This document shows, piece by piece, positions 9,411 through 20,055 of a stretch of 64,000 bases of DNA. Origin of the DNA: Ostreococcus lucimarinus (lineage: Eukaryota); the NCBI GenBank assembly GCA_000092065.1, contig CP000586.1; one strand, 5' to 3'. A program made the position numbers and the translations under genes. The notes beneath the pieces were generated by a model. It did no database searches. It saw only the letters and a program-made list of their open reading frames with translations, and had not been told where the DNA came from. Within the stretch, counting starts at the first letter, position 1. Every line of letters starts with the position of its first letter.

Positions 9411-10280
9411 ATGCGCGCGGCGCGACGCCTGCCCGCCCGCGCCCGCGTCGCGACCGCGTCGGCGTCGGCGTCAACGTCGTCGACGCCGCGCGCGCGCCGC
9501 GCGATGGACGTCCTGCAGTTCCCCGCGCTCGGCGACAATTACGGATTCGCGGTGCGGTGTCGGAAAACGAAAACCGTCGCGCTCGTCGACGCGCCGGACG
9601 AGGGCGCGATCGCGCGCGCGCTGTCGAGCGCGGGATGGGAATCGCCGTCGATGATTCTGAACACGCATCATCACCGGGACCACGTCGGGGCGAACGGGGG
9701 GGTGCGGGCGCGGTTTCCGGACGCGCGCGTCGTCGTCGTGGCGCCGCGCCGCGAGGCGGAGAAAATCGGAGACGTCGACGTCGCGGTGGAGGAGGGGGAC
9801 GTGGTGGAGATCGGTGACGTCAGGGCGACGGTGCGAGAGACGCCGGGACACACGCTGGGACACGTGGTGTATCACTTTGAGGAGGAGAAGAAGGTCTTCG
9901 TGGGGGACACGATGTTCGCGCTGGGATGCGGGAGGTTGTTCGAGGGGACGCCGGCGATGATGTGGGCGTCGATGCAGAAGCTATTGGCGATGTCGGACGA
10001 TACGCAGGTTTACTGCGCACACGAATACACGCAGAGCAACGCGAAGTTTGCGCTGAGCGTCGATCCGACGAACGAAGCGCTGCGCGCTCGCGCTCGGGAA
10101 ATCGACGCGCTCCGGGCGAAAGGGGAGCCGACGGTACCGACGACGATTGGATTGGAGCGTCTGACGAATCCGTTTTGCCGACCGGATAGCGCCGGCGTGC
10201 AAAACGGTGTGAACATGCTAGGCTCGAGCGATCTCGCCGCCGTGTTCGGGGCGGTGCGTAGCGCAAAGGACAACTTCTGA
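9411..10280 (+). CDS. GLO2: Hydroxyacylglutathione hydrolase (glyoxalase II) with organellar presequence
   Basis: THHHRDHVGAN, GHTLGHVVYHF, FVGDTMFALGCGRLFEGT and YCAHEYTQSNAKFA align along the whole length of human HAGH. Start taken at ATG 9411 (MRAARRLPARA presequence), alternative ATG 9504 (MDVLQF). The upstream part of ORF 8664..10280 overlaps the opposite-strand gene and is rejected. Confidence 0.85.
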   Translation: MRAARRLPARARVATASASASTSSTPRARRAMDVLQFPALGDNYGFAVRCRKTKTVALVDAPDEGAIARALSSAGWESPSMILNTHHHRDHVGANGGVRARFPDARVVVVAPRREAEKIGDVDVAVEEGDVVEIGDVRATVRETPGHTLGHVVYHFEEEKKVFVGDTMFALGCGRLFEGTPAMMWASMQKLLAMSDDTQVYCAHEYTQSNAKFALSVDPTNEALRARAREIDALRAKGEPTVPTTIGLERLTNPFCRPDSAGVQNGVNMLGSSDLAAVFGAVRSAKDNF

Positions 10281-10303
10281 TTACGAATCTCGAGTACATT
10301 TCT
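10281..10303. terminator. Convergent 3'-end spacer (23 bp) between GLO2 and the RPAP1-like gene, carrying TGTAA on both strands
   Basis: tgattacgaatctcgagtacatttctctatttgtaaaacgcgc: TGTAA on plus for GLO2 and on minus (ttaca) for the RPAP1-like gene, in an AT-rich island. TGTAA is the established green-algal poly(A) signal. Confidence 0.45.
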
Positions 10304-13300
10304 CTATTTGTAAAACGCGCTTTGTTCCTGAATTTGCGCCGACGACGACAACTTTTTCGAGAGCTCCGAAATCGCGTCAGGTTGTAAAAGCCCTGCCTGG
10401 ACGAGCGCGTGTTCGACTTGCGCGATGAGCGGCGCATCTTGGCCGCACACGTCAAGCAACAGCGTTCTTCGCGGCGGGATATCAATATCTTGACCGCGTT
10501 TGCCGTACACGAAGCCGTTACCGAACGGCGTTTTGTGCGCACCGACGGACGCACACGCAAACGAAGGACGACGTTTAATCGTCAGCGGCGTGTGAATCAA
10601 GGCTCTGAGGACGACGGACGTGTTGGGTCGGTGCAAGATTCGACGCAACGTCGACACTGCAGTCTCAGCGCCGGCTCCGGGTGACAGAATGACGTGTGCA
10701 AGCGCATGAATCGCCAAAGCAGCTGTAATTGGTGGTGACTCCCGTCCTGGCGTGGGATAGTCGTCCCCGGCCCAACCGCTGAGCGCTTTGTCGAGGGCGC
10801 CCGATTCGATGCTCTTGATGTAAATTTCGCGCATCGTCGGATCCGGTTCACCGCCGGGAGGAAAGAATACGTACGCCGCCGCCGGCGGTACCATGGCTTT
10901 CGCGCTCGGTAAAAGATGAAGCGCGACACCATCGCTAAGCGCAATCCATGCCGCGGCGCGAGCCTTTGGGGAGACGCGCACTCGGAGCCACATTGCAACG
11001 TGTCTCGCAAAGAGCGCGTCGCCGAAGCTTTCGCTGGCGAACGCATTTACCATAGCCGCAGCGGCAGCCGCATCTCCGGTACCTTGAGCTTGTTGAAGAG
11101 GGTCGTTCAGTCCGCCTTCGCCAGCTGAGAATGATCCCAGATCCATGCTGTACCCTCGAACGCCTTGATGATACGCCTGAATGTAATTCTTTACCATGCG
11201 ACGCCAATACAAATCGGTGAGAAGGCCGAGCGGCGCGGACACCGCGGGGTCTCTCCAAACGTTCGGTCCCATCGTATAAATCGCACCGATAGCGCTCATC
11301 TTCAACGCAGGGCGTATTGCGCGAACTCGCGGTACCTTTCCAAGTTCCATTCCCATTAAGAGCGACAAGGTGCACGCGATACCTGCCGTTCCCCAGCCTT
11401 GAATCGTCGTTCGTGGCGAACACGGCGCCAAGTACCACAGCGGGTGTCCCGGAAGCAAAGAACCCACGGCGACGCACGGACCAGGCGTTGATATCGACTT
11501 CGCCTCTGACGACGTCGTCAACTCCATAGCGAACCCTCCGAGCAACGCTTCCCTGACGATTTCGGCTGTAGGCACGAGGCTTACGGATGCTGCGACGAGG
11601 TTGACGCCTGTTTCACGAATCGCAAGCCTACCCCTTTCCTCCTCGTTCGAATCTTGTATCACGGACACGGCGTCGCCGAGAGCGTTCTTCGTCAGAGAAA
11701 GCAGCGGTTCAAGAACTCGCGTCGAGTAAATACCTGAACTGATGGCTTGGGATGCCGCGACACCAGCGCCCGGAGGTAACATGGAGATGAGACCCAACGT
11801 CGCATCCACCGTCGCCGCCGCGTCTTCTTGCAAATCACGCTTCATTCGTCGAGGTGGGCTTCCCAGAGGTGATCTTCCTATCGACGGCGCCGCATCACTT
11901 GTAAATGCTTTGTCTAAGATCTCCATAGCGATGATAAGCGCTCGCTGCAATGCCAACTTTGACGTCGCGACTATGGGATGCTCACCCATCCAAACAGTGG
12001 GATCGTCGTCTGAAGAAAAGTCGCCCGTGGGGAGTCCTCCATCGCTCACTCGCTGATCTATGGAGCCGCGCGATAAACGCGAAGGACAATCCATGCTCCC
12101 TCTTGCGGAAGCGAAGCTCGTTCTTGACGAAGAAACTCCACGACGCTTACCACCAAACTTGCGAATGATTTGCGACGCCAACGTCGTGACGGAGGACTGA
12201 TTCCAGACATCCGGAGAGACGATTGTGAGAAGTAAAATCGTTTGTAGCACTGATCCCCATGCCGATAACTCGATGTTTCTTTTACTAAATACGGATGTGC
12301 TGGAACATGCGTAAACGAGCGAATCCAAAGCCGACAGTGCAGCGCCGAGAATACCGTCGACGGACATTGCGCCGAAAGAGTCATTTGGCGAACCCAAAAC
12401 TCGTGATAACATCGGTTGAGCGTCGTTCGGGGAGCGAACAACGAGCGCGGCAAGGAATCTACCAGCGTTTACGACGGTATACAGTGCAAACGTGTCGTAG
12501 TCCCCGGAAGCGATCCAAGACTCTGCGCACTTGGCCGCCATCGTGGCGCAACGCCAAGACAATGTCTTGTCTGTGTCGATGATTTCAAGCTCAGCCGGCG
12601 GCCCGGCGTCTTCAGCAGCGCCTTCAAGTGGGAGTGACTTCGACAACGTCGTGAGTAGTGCGAAAATATCCATCGCGAGCGATTCTTCGGCGTCGTTGTT
12701 AGTCTCCATCCACGGCGCAATCAACGGGTGAATAGCATCAAACGCCGGGGTATCTAGTCCCCACGCCGAGATACCAGCCCATAATCGAAGCGTCTCACGC
12801 CAGAGCATCGCGGCGTATCCGCGAGGTCGCGGCCTTTGCTCGTTTTCCACGCCGATGCTAACACCACCGAACGTGACAGCCGCTTGGATCGCGCTCTTGA
12901 GCACGCCTTCCTTCACCAACTCCTTCGCCACGTCGGCATCAGTTTGTGAAATCAATCGTAGCACACAAACCGCATGCGCGATGCCGACAGTTGCTGGTTC
13001 CGTGGGAGAGCCACGGCTCCCACCGCCACACGAATCTTTCACTCGCGCGATCACAATTGAAACAAGACGCGGACACTTCGCCACCGCGTTGGCCGCAGCC
13101 TTGCTATGGCGCGTGAAAGCCTCGAGCAATTCGTGCGTGAACACCTCTGCCTGGGGAGTGCGCTCAACTTCGAGCAAATAACGAAGCCGTTGCAAGATTC
13201 CCATGCGTAACAACGCCGCGATCGGATCTGCGGCTTGTTCGGTCGCTTGTCTTCTTTCCATCATTTGTTTGTTCAGTCCTTCTTCGACTTGATCTGGTTC

Positions 13301-14752
13301 GTCCGCAAGCTCGACGGTGGAATCTTCAGCGAGTCGAATTTCCTCAACCGCATGCTCCCACGCAATTGGTTCAAATCCTGAACCGCCGCACGGCGCGTTT
13401 TCGGGCTCGGACCTCCATAGAGGTGATGTATAGGAAAGGTCACTCGGATCGCACGGCGCGCTGCTCTCCAGCATGTCGACGAGCCGAACCTCCAAACCAT
13501 CAACGCCGCCCACGCCGATGCCTCCGCACAGCGAACGAATCGCCGACAGAGCAGCCACCGTCGCTTGGGTTTGGGTGTCATCCAGCGCACGCCGAAGCAA
13601 CGTGATTACAGCGCAATCAACGGTGGCGTACACCCAAACACTGGCCCACGTCACGCCGTTCGGCAGACGAGGCGCGACGTCCGACTCGCCCATCGCGTCT
13701 TCGTCGGCGTCGTATGGCAATGGATCCACGGATTCGAAACTCCAGCGCCGCGCGAGCTTCAAAATCTTACCGATGATTTGTAAACCGATGGTACGTTGAC
13801 TCGCAACGCTACTTCGCGTGAGCGCGCACGCTTCTTGGAACGTGTAACCGATATCGCTACCCTCGCCCGCGCGCAACGGATCGCGCTCCGTTGGTAACGG
13901 CGCGGGCGCGGAACCCGTCGCGACGTCGACGGTCGCATCCAAAAGCGGCGACCCGTCGAGCGCGAAACGCACGTGCTCAACGCCAACTGTAGTTACTTTC
14001 TTCGTCCGAGCTGAGGCCTCGGTGGCAACATCGCTGCGATCCCGAGCGCGTTTCGGCGCCGGCGCTGTCGGCGCTGACGGCGACGCACCGACCCGTGCTT
14101 TATTCGCCCCACGATTCCGCAAAAACTCCAACGTCTTCGGATTCAGCCTCCCAGCCAATTCTTCTTGTGCCTCTTTCACCGCCGCCGGCGACATCGCCGC
14201 CAAGATGTGATCGTTCTCCTCCTGTATGCTCGCGTCCTCCTTCTCCGGGTCCACGCGCGGGAGCCTCACCGGCGCTTTTTCCGCCTCCCGCGCCTTCCCT
14301 TCGCCCGCATCGTCGCCATCACTCTTTCCTTTATCTCGCATCGCCGCCTTACGCGCCGCGTACCTCGACTTACGCCCGAAATTCGTCTCGCTTCGATGCT
14401 TCGCCTCTGGAAACCCAGTCGCCGCGCTCGCCGCGCGTCTCGCCGCCGTCGTCGCCGCGTCAATCCCGCCGCTCGCGCTCGTCTCGCGCTCGACGACGTC
14501 CCCCATGACATCCATCATCGTCGACCGCGCTCGCGGGGCGTCCTCGTCGTCGTCCGCGTCCTCGCGCGCGGTCGACGCGTCGTCGCCGCGTTCGACATCA
14601 TCCGTCGCAACCGTCTCGGGATTCCCTCGCGCGCCGTCCCCGACGCGCCGCACGCTCGCGCACGGCGCGTCGCGCGACTCGATGAACGCGCGTTCGAGCG
14701 CCTCGAGCTGTTCCTGCGTGTTCGCGCCGCGCACTCGGCGTAAATCCGCCAT
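10304..14752 (-). CDS. RNA polymerase II-associated protein 1 (RPAP1 / MINIYO)-like protein, about 1483 aa
   Basis: RPAP1 N-terminal domain motif ENDHILAAMSPAAVKEAQEELAGRLNPKTLEFLRNRG. Long helical-repeat body. Start assigned to MADLRRVRG (ATG at 14752). The upstream 203 codons of the ORF are low-complexity read-through that overlaps the divergent ZCCHC10-like gene. Confidence 0.55.
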   Translation of the reverse strand: MADLRRVRGANTQEQLEALERAFIESRDAPCASVRRVGDGARGNPETVATDDVERGDDASTAREDADDDEDAPRARSTMMDVMGDVVERETSASGGIDAATTAARRAASAATGFPEAKHRSETNFGRKSRYAARKAAMRDKGKSDGDDAGEGKAREAEKAPVRLPRVDPEKEDASIQEENDHILAAMSPAAVKEAQEELAGRLNPKTLEFLRNRGANKARVGASPSAPTAPAPKRARDRSDVATEASARTKKVTTVGVEHVRFALDGSPLLDATVDVATGSAPAPLPTERDPLRAGEGSDIGYTFQEACALTRSSVASQRTIGLQIIGKILKLARRWSFESVDPLPYDADEDAMGESDVAPRLPNGVTWASVWVYATVDCAVITLLRRALDDTQTQATVAALSAIRSLCGGIGVGGVDGLEVRLVDMLESSAPCDPSDLSYTSPLWRSEPENAPCGGSGFEPIAWEHAVEEIRLAEDSTVELADEPDQVEEGLNKQMMERRQATEQAADPIAALLRMGILQRLRYLLEVERTPQAEVFTHELLEAFTRHSKAAANAVAKCPRLVSIVIARVKDSCGGGSRGSPTEPATVGIAHAVCVLRLISQTDADVAKELVKEGVLKSAIQAAVTFGGVSIGVENEQRPRPRGYAAMLWRETLRLWAGISAWGLDTPAFDAIHPLIAPWMETNNDAEESLAMDIFALLTTLSKSLPLEGAAEDAGPPAELEIIDTDKTLSWRCATMAAKCAESWIASGDYDTFALYTVVNAGRFLAALVVRSPNDAQPMLSRVLGSPNDSFGAMSVDGILGAALSALDSLVYACSSTSVFSKRNIELSAWGSVLQTILLLTIVSPDVWNQSSVTTLASQIIRKFGGKRRGVSSSRTSFASARGSMDCPSRLSRGSIDQRVSDGGLPTGDFSSDDDPTVWMGEHPIVATSKLALQRALIIAMEILDKAFTSDAAPSIGRSPLGSPPRRMKRDLQEDAAATVDATLGLISMLPPGAGVAASQAISSGIYSTRVLEPLLSLTKNALGDAVSVIQDSNEEERGRLAIRETGVNLVAASVSLVPTAEIVREALLGGFAMELTTSSEAKSISTPGPCVAVGSLLPGHPLWYLAPCSPRTTIQGWGTAGIACTLSLLMGMELGKVPRVRAIRPALKMSAIGAIYTMGPNVWRDPAVSAPLGLLTDLYWRRMVKNYIQAYHQGVRGYSMDLGSFSAGEGGLNDPLQQAQGTGDAAAAAAMVNAFASESFGDALFARHVAMWLRVRVSPKARAAAWIALSDGVALHLLPSAKAMVPPAAAYVFFPPGGEPDPTMREIYIKSIESGALDKALSGWAGDDYPTPGRESPPITAALAIHALAHVILSPGAGAETAVSTLRRILHRPNTSVVLRALIHTPLTIKRRPSFACASVGAHKTPFGNGFVYGKRGQDIDIPPRRTLLLDVCGQDAPLIAQVEHALVQAGLLQPDAISELSKKLSSSAQIQEQSAFYK

Positions 14753-14849
14753 GCGGCCGACGCGTCGGTCGCACTGCGCGACGCGAAGTGACGCGAAGCG
14801 ACGCCTCGACGTCGTCGCTCGTCGACGACGCGCGGCGCGGCGCGGCGCG

Positions 14850-15311
14850 ATGGTGTTCATCCTGGATAAGGACAAGCGCGCGAGAGACGCGGACGCGCGC
14901 GCGAGGGCGAGGTGCCAGAGGTGTCTGCGGACGGGCGTGTGGACGTACGAGTGCGGCTGCGAGGGAAAGTACGTGCGCCGCGCGAGCGCGACGGAGCGGA
15001 TGCGCGATCCCGCGAAGAGGCAGAAGTTCGCGGAGGAGCAGTTCGATGACGTGCCGGACGGCGCGGGCGTGGACGAGCGGCGGTTGAGGGCGGCGTTGGG
15101 GGAGAAGAAGAAGCGGCGGAAGAGGCGGCGGTCGAGGAGCTCGAGCTCTTCGTCGGGGTCGTCGTCGAGTTCGTCGAGTAGCGGTAGTACTAGTGGTAGC
15201 TCGACGAGTTCGTCGTCGTATTCATCGAGCTCGTCGTCGTCGAGTGGGAGCGATTCTTCGTCGAGCTCGTCGAGCTCGCGCGGGAAAAAGCGCTCGTCGA
15301 GGAAGCGATAG
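14850..15311 (+). CDS. ZCCHC10-like zinc-knuckle protein with poly-Ser C-terminus
   Basis: RCQRCLRTGVWTYECGCEGKYVRRASAT matches ZCCHC10 [28 protein letters not shown]. Followed by a K/R-rich segment and a long Ser/Gly tract encoded by a GC-rich trinucleotide repeat. Stop at 15311. Confidence 0.65.
   Translation: MVFILDKDKRARDADARARARCQRCLRTGVWTYECGCEGKYVRRASATERMRDPAKRQKFAEEQFDDVPDGAGVDERRLRAALGEKKKRRKRRRSRSSSSSSGSSSSSSSSGSTSGSSTSSSSYSSSSSSSSGSDSSSSSSSSRGKKRSSRKR
15121..15300 (+). repeat. GC-rich trinucleotide (TCG/AGC-type) low-complexity tract encoding the poly-Ser/Gly tail of the ZCCHC10-like protein
   Basis: gagctcgagctcttcgtcggggtcgtcgtcgagttcgtcgagtagcggtag...tcgtcgagctcgtcgagctcg. 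Coding on plus (SSSSSSGSSSSSSSSGSTSGSSTSSSSYSSSSSSSSGSDSSSSSSSS). Also creates the spurious acidic N-terminal extension of the minus-strand ORF. Confidence 0.7.
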
Positions 15312-15365
15312 TCTGACGGGAATTCGTCGTCTTTTCTAGCTAGTAATAACGAATGAATCACAACG

Positions 15366-18300
15366 CTATTGCACGTCGTCGAGGATTCGTCTGATTGTGA
15401 CTATGATTTCGTCGTCGTCGTCGCTCCAGGACGACTTGCCCGCGTTTCGGATTCGTTTGGCGAAATCTTCGTCGAGCGCGAGGCGAAGGTACTTGAATAA
15501 CACCGCCACCGGTGCGTCACACTTGAACTTGATCCAGTTATCCATGATCACGCGTGCGTTCGCGTGCTGCACCTCGAGGTTTCCACCGAAAAGTAATAAC
15601 GCCTCGGGTGCGACGACAGTACAGTCTCGCAAGTACACGCGTGCCGTTCGCATCTTTTCGTGATACACCATGAACGGATACGCGGGCTTGCGGTCGATTC
15701 CGATCCCTTTGTTCACGCTCGACGGGTGCACGCGCACCTCTGACGTTGCGTCCTTCCACGTGTACTGCGCGTAGTCTTGATCCGATGCCTCATCGCCGAC
15801 GGCGACGTTTGCGTACAGGCCCGCCGTGAGCACAGCCTTGATCATTTGTACGCGGCGCGCGTCTTTGTTCCAAGCCTGCGTGCGAATAAAAATGCGAAAT
15901 GTCAGGGATAATCATCCAACGAGACGAGCTATGAAACTTAAATGTTGCGAAGCTGCTGGGATGTGCGCGTATTTCTATACGCGTCATCGAAAAGCCTCAT
16001 CGTCGATGTACGGAAATAACTTTACGCGCGCGCAGGTGGCTGCATGCGCACACGCCCGGGGCGCTTCGAGTGAAGCACCCATCTCCGAGTACGAGAAATC
16101 GTGAAGTCAAGTGTTAACGTACCGCTTTAGGATCATCCAACCAATTTGTGTTTCTACCTCGAAGTGAGTAACCGGCGGGGACTCGAATGACGCCCATGTC
16201 CGCGAGAAGCGCGGCGTACTGCGTGCGCATTTCTGAAATCTGTCTCATCGTGTCCACGTCGAGCGCATTTTTCTGCGCAAATCTTCGTCCGGCGTTGCGA
16301 CTTTCTTTCGATGCTTCGATATAGCCGTCGTAAGCGGCGACGACCACTAGGTGATCGCTTTGCTGCCCGGCGGCCAAGGACACCGCGGCTGGTTGCGCGA
16401 ACGCACGCATCGCCGCTTCGACTTGACTGTTCGACGCCTTGGACGATTGAAAGGGCGACTTGTAGCTCAACGTTGCGGCTATGGTTAGAATCGGAGAGAG
16501 ACACCGTAGAATCACTCCGAATAATAGCATTTTCGCAACCCTCGCATCTACTGGCAGTGCAGCGAGGTGGCGACCTAAGGCAGTAAGTCGACCTAGCTCG
16601 TCGAAAGCGCCAATCTCGGTGAGCGTCTTCTTCGCCGCGGCAACAGCTTCCTCTTTTGGAGGCTCGGGTGCGTTCCCGAGAACCACTGCGGCGTCGCTGT
16701 GCAAATCGAGACTTGCGATCTGCAGTACGACTTCCGTGAGCGGCGCGCGGTGCATTTCAGGAACTTGGAATGGCCGCATCGCGCCGTTTGCGCGATGCGA
16801 GGTGAAGAGCGCATAGCATGTTCCCGCTCGAACTCGACCGGCGCGACCGGCGCGCTGTTTCGCCGCTGCGCGGCTGACCCATCCCTCCTCAAGCGAAGCC
16901 ATACCTCGTCGAGGATCCCACTGTCGCTCCTTCACGCGACCGGAATCGATGACGACGACGATGTCTTCGATCGTCACCGACGTTTCTGCCACATTCGTAG
17001 CCACCACAATTTTGCGCACGCCGGGTTTCGGCACCCTGAACGCCTCGCGCTGCTCGGCGTTCGTCAACGCGGAGTGTAATGGCGTGAGCACCGCATCTTT
17101 AAATCGCGGTGAGCTGGCGAGACGATCCAAAAGCCCTGTCACCTCGCCGATACCGGGTAAGAATACCAAAACTGCCCCATCGTCGGTGACGTCGTCGACG
17201 TACGCGAGAAGCTCTTCGATCAAGTCGTAATCGATGACGGACTCATCCAGGCGAGACAGCGACAATCGTGTATTCCGTTTGCAATACTCGTACTTGCTCG
17301 AGTCATAATCTGGATTTTCTGGGTTCTCTTCACCACCGAACTCCGACGCCGCGTCTTCGCCCCAAGACCCCAAGAGCTCGTTCTGGCGCCGCCTATCGCC
17401 CCCGCCGCCCGCCTTGATGGCTTTCATCGCATCTTCGGCTTTGCCCTTTGGTCGTCGACATGAACGATTATCCGGGTCGATGACATAATCCAATGTGTCA
17501 TAAATATGTTCCAGATGAATCGTATCTACGGGGAACGAGCGCCCGGGCGCTGATATAACCGGCGAGCCACCGAGATACTCGCTGAATAAAGCTGCGTTCA
17601 AAGTGGCAGACATGAGCACGAGTTTCACAGGAGGCAAACCAGCTTCGCGGCGACGTCTTGGAAGATCTCTGAGAAGCGTCAACAAGAAGTCACCGTCTAG
17701 AGAGCGCTCGTGGACTTCATCGACGACGACATGCGTGACATCGGTAAGCATTCTATCGCCTTGCAACCTCCGCAACAGAATACCAGTGGTGCAAAAAGTG
17801 AGACGTGTCGCGCTGGTTATTTTCGCATCCAATCGGACGTGGTGCCCGACAAGCGAACCATTACCCCCGACGCCGTTTTTTTCGCATCGTTCGGCAGATA
17901 CGCGCTCGGCGATACTTGTAGCCGCAACACGACGTGGTTGCGTGCACACGATATTGCAAGCACCGCCCTGCTCTCGTTCAATGGCGTCGTCGAGAAGAAA
18001 TTGTGGTACCTGAGTCGTCTTACCGCAACCTGTCTCGCCACATACGACGACAGCATCGTGAGAACGAAGCCGATCGAGAAGCTCGTCAGCCAGCGCACAA
18101 ATAGGGAGCGTCGAGCGCTTCGCAAACAGTTTCTTCCACTGCGGATCCTGCTTTGTCGCCTCGAGGTGCTCTTTCAGTCGTCGACTCACCTCCGCATGCT
18201 TGTTCATGTTTGCCCTGGCCGTGCGCAAACGATCATTCTCTTCTTTAAGTTTTAACTCGCGAGCTTTTGCCGTCAATTCATCTACATATGTACCCCCGTT

Positions 18301-19986
18301 ACTAGCATCGGGCACGTTCAAGCCATCGGTGCCTATTGTCTTAATGAGCGCATCTATAAAATCGTCTCTCGCGTTCTCACCGACATCCGCGACGTCTGAA
18401 TTCATGAACGCGATGGCCCACCGAACCCACAAATCGCGATACGTCTCGGACAATTCCAACGGCACGATTTGGTTTTCCTTGCTAAATGACGCTTCAAACA
18501 ACGCACGCGTAGCCGCACCATTTTGCGCGTCGTTAATGCTCAACCAACCGCCAGCTGTAGGTTCGTCCTCGTCGTGCGTAGAACACACAAGCGTCGGCTT
18601 GCGTTTGTACTTTGGCCCGGTTGAACGTTCGACAGAAACGACGTATCGGATGCCTTCGGCGCTCTTGTCCCGTTCGAATCGTGGTACGAGCCATCCTTCA
18701 CGCTTCGCCAACTGTGCGAGCATATTTTTGGGTGTCATCTCTTCCACTTTGCTATCCTTGGCAGACTTGGATTTGATCGCGCTTGTTTGCGCATTCGCAG
18801 TCGACGCCACTCTCTTACCGTCACTGAACAACAATTCGTGCTTAAACATCTTTGTGATAAGTTCTACGGGATCATCTTCTCCTGAACCAATGATATCATT
18901 CGCACCATCGCTGAACACGTCGAAATCAAATTCTTCGTCGTCCGAATCTTCCTTTGCGCTCGGCTTTGATTCGGCTTCATTTTTTGCGCATATCTTCGTC
19001 GGCGACGTGTCGGCGTTTCCAGTCGCACTCACTTCTGATTTGTCCCGCGATGCATCAGCGTTCGCCGCTATCTCCACCAGCTCTTCTACGGAAGCTACTC
19101 TCGGTGGATCGATGTCATCATCATTCATACCGAGCTCGTTCGCCGTGGCTTTTAATCTCCGAATCGCTTCGGCGACGTCCTTCTGCTCCTTCTTATTCTT
19201 TCCCTTCTTTGCCTCGCTCGCCCGCGTCTTCAACGCGGCGATCTCTTCCGCAAACTTTGCGATCAATTTTCCAGGATCCTTCGCGAACTCTCTACGCTGC
19301 GTCCACATCATTCGCTTCGCCGCCGCCTCTTCGTCGCTCAGTCCAAAATCCTCGAGCGAGTCATAACCGTCGTCGCTATCGTCGTCGTCATCGCTATCTT
19401 CATACGCCGAATACCGTGCCGCGATCCACGCCTTATCCACCACCGTATCATCCATGTTCGATTCGTTTCGTTTACTCACCACCTTCTTCATCGTCGCATC
19501 CACCGCCTCGATGACGCGCCTTGGCGCCGTCTCGCCACTCGCCGCCGTCGCCTCCACCGCGCCGTCTGCGTCCAAACGAAACTCCGAACGTTCGACCGTT
19601 TGAAACCGTCGCGGTAACCGCGCGTTCGCGACGTTCAAACACAACCAGTCTAAAACGTCGTCCTCGGCGAACACGCCCGCCGTATCGCCGCATACGGCGC
19701 GTAAAGCGTCCTCGACGTCGCCGACTCGGAATCCCTGGCTGAGCAAACCGTCGTACGTTTTGCGCGTCTGCGTCGCCGTCACGCGCGTTTTCGCGAGGTC
19801 ATTCGCGCGAGTGTGTACGTCGGTGTCACTCACGAGCGCACGCACGAGCGCCTCTTGACGCGCGGTGAGACGGACGCGCGCGGACTCGTCTCTGGTCGAG
19901 ACCATGGCGGCGAGTGAGGCGCGAGCGCGGCGTAACCGACGGTGAGCACGAGACGCCGACGATGCCGCGATCTCGGGTCGTTCCAA
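15366..19986 (-). CDS. DEAH-box ATP-dependent RNA helicase (DHX29/DHX36/DHX57-like), two exons: 16123..19986 and 15366..15875, intron 15876..16122
   Basis: Motifs VVVCGETGCGKTTQVPQFLLDD, DEVHERSLDGDFLL, MSATLNA, HSALTNAEQ and QRAGRAGR. Exon 1 ends ...DDPKA followed by GTACGT. Exon 2 follows a CAG acceptor and encodes AWNKDARRVQMIKAVLTAGLYANVAV, the OB-fold region typical of DEAH helicases, in the same frame. Confidence 0.8.
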
Positions 19987-20055
19987 GGGGGGCGCTTGGG
20001 ACTGAATTATCGAGAAAGATTGTCGCTGTGGCTACTTCAAATTAAAACGAGGAGT

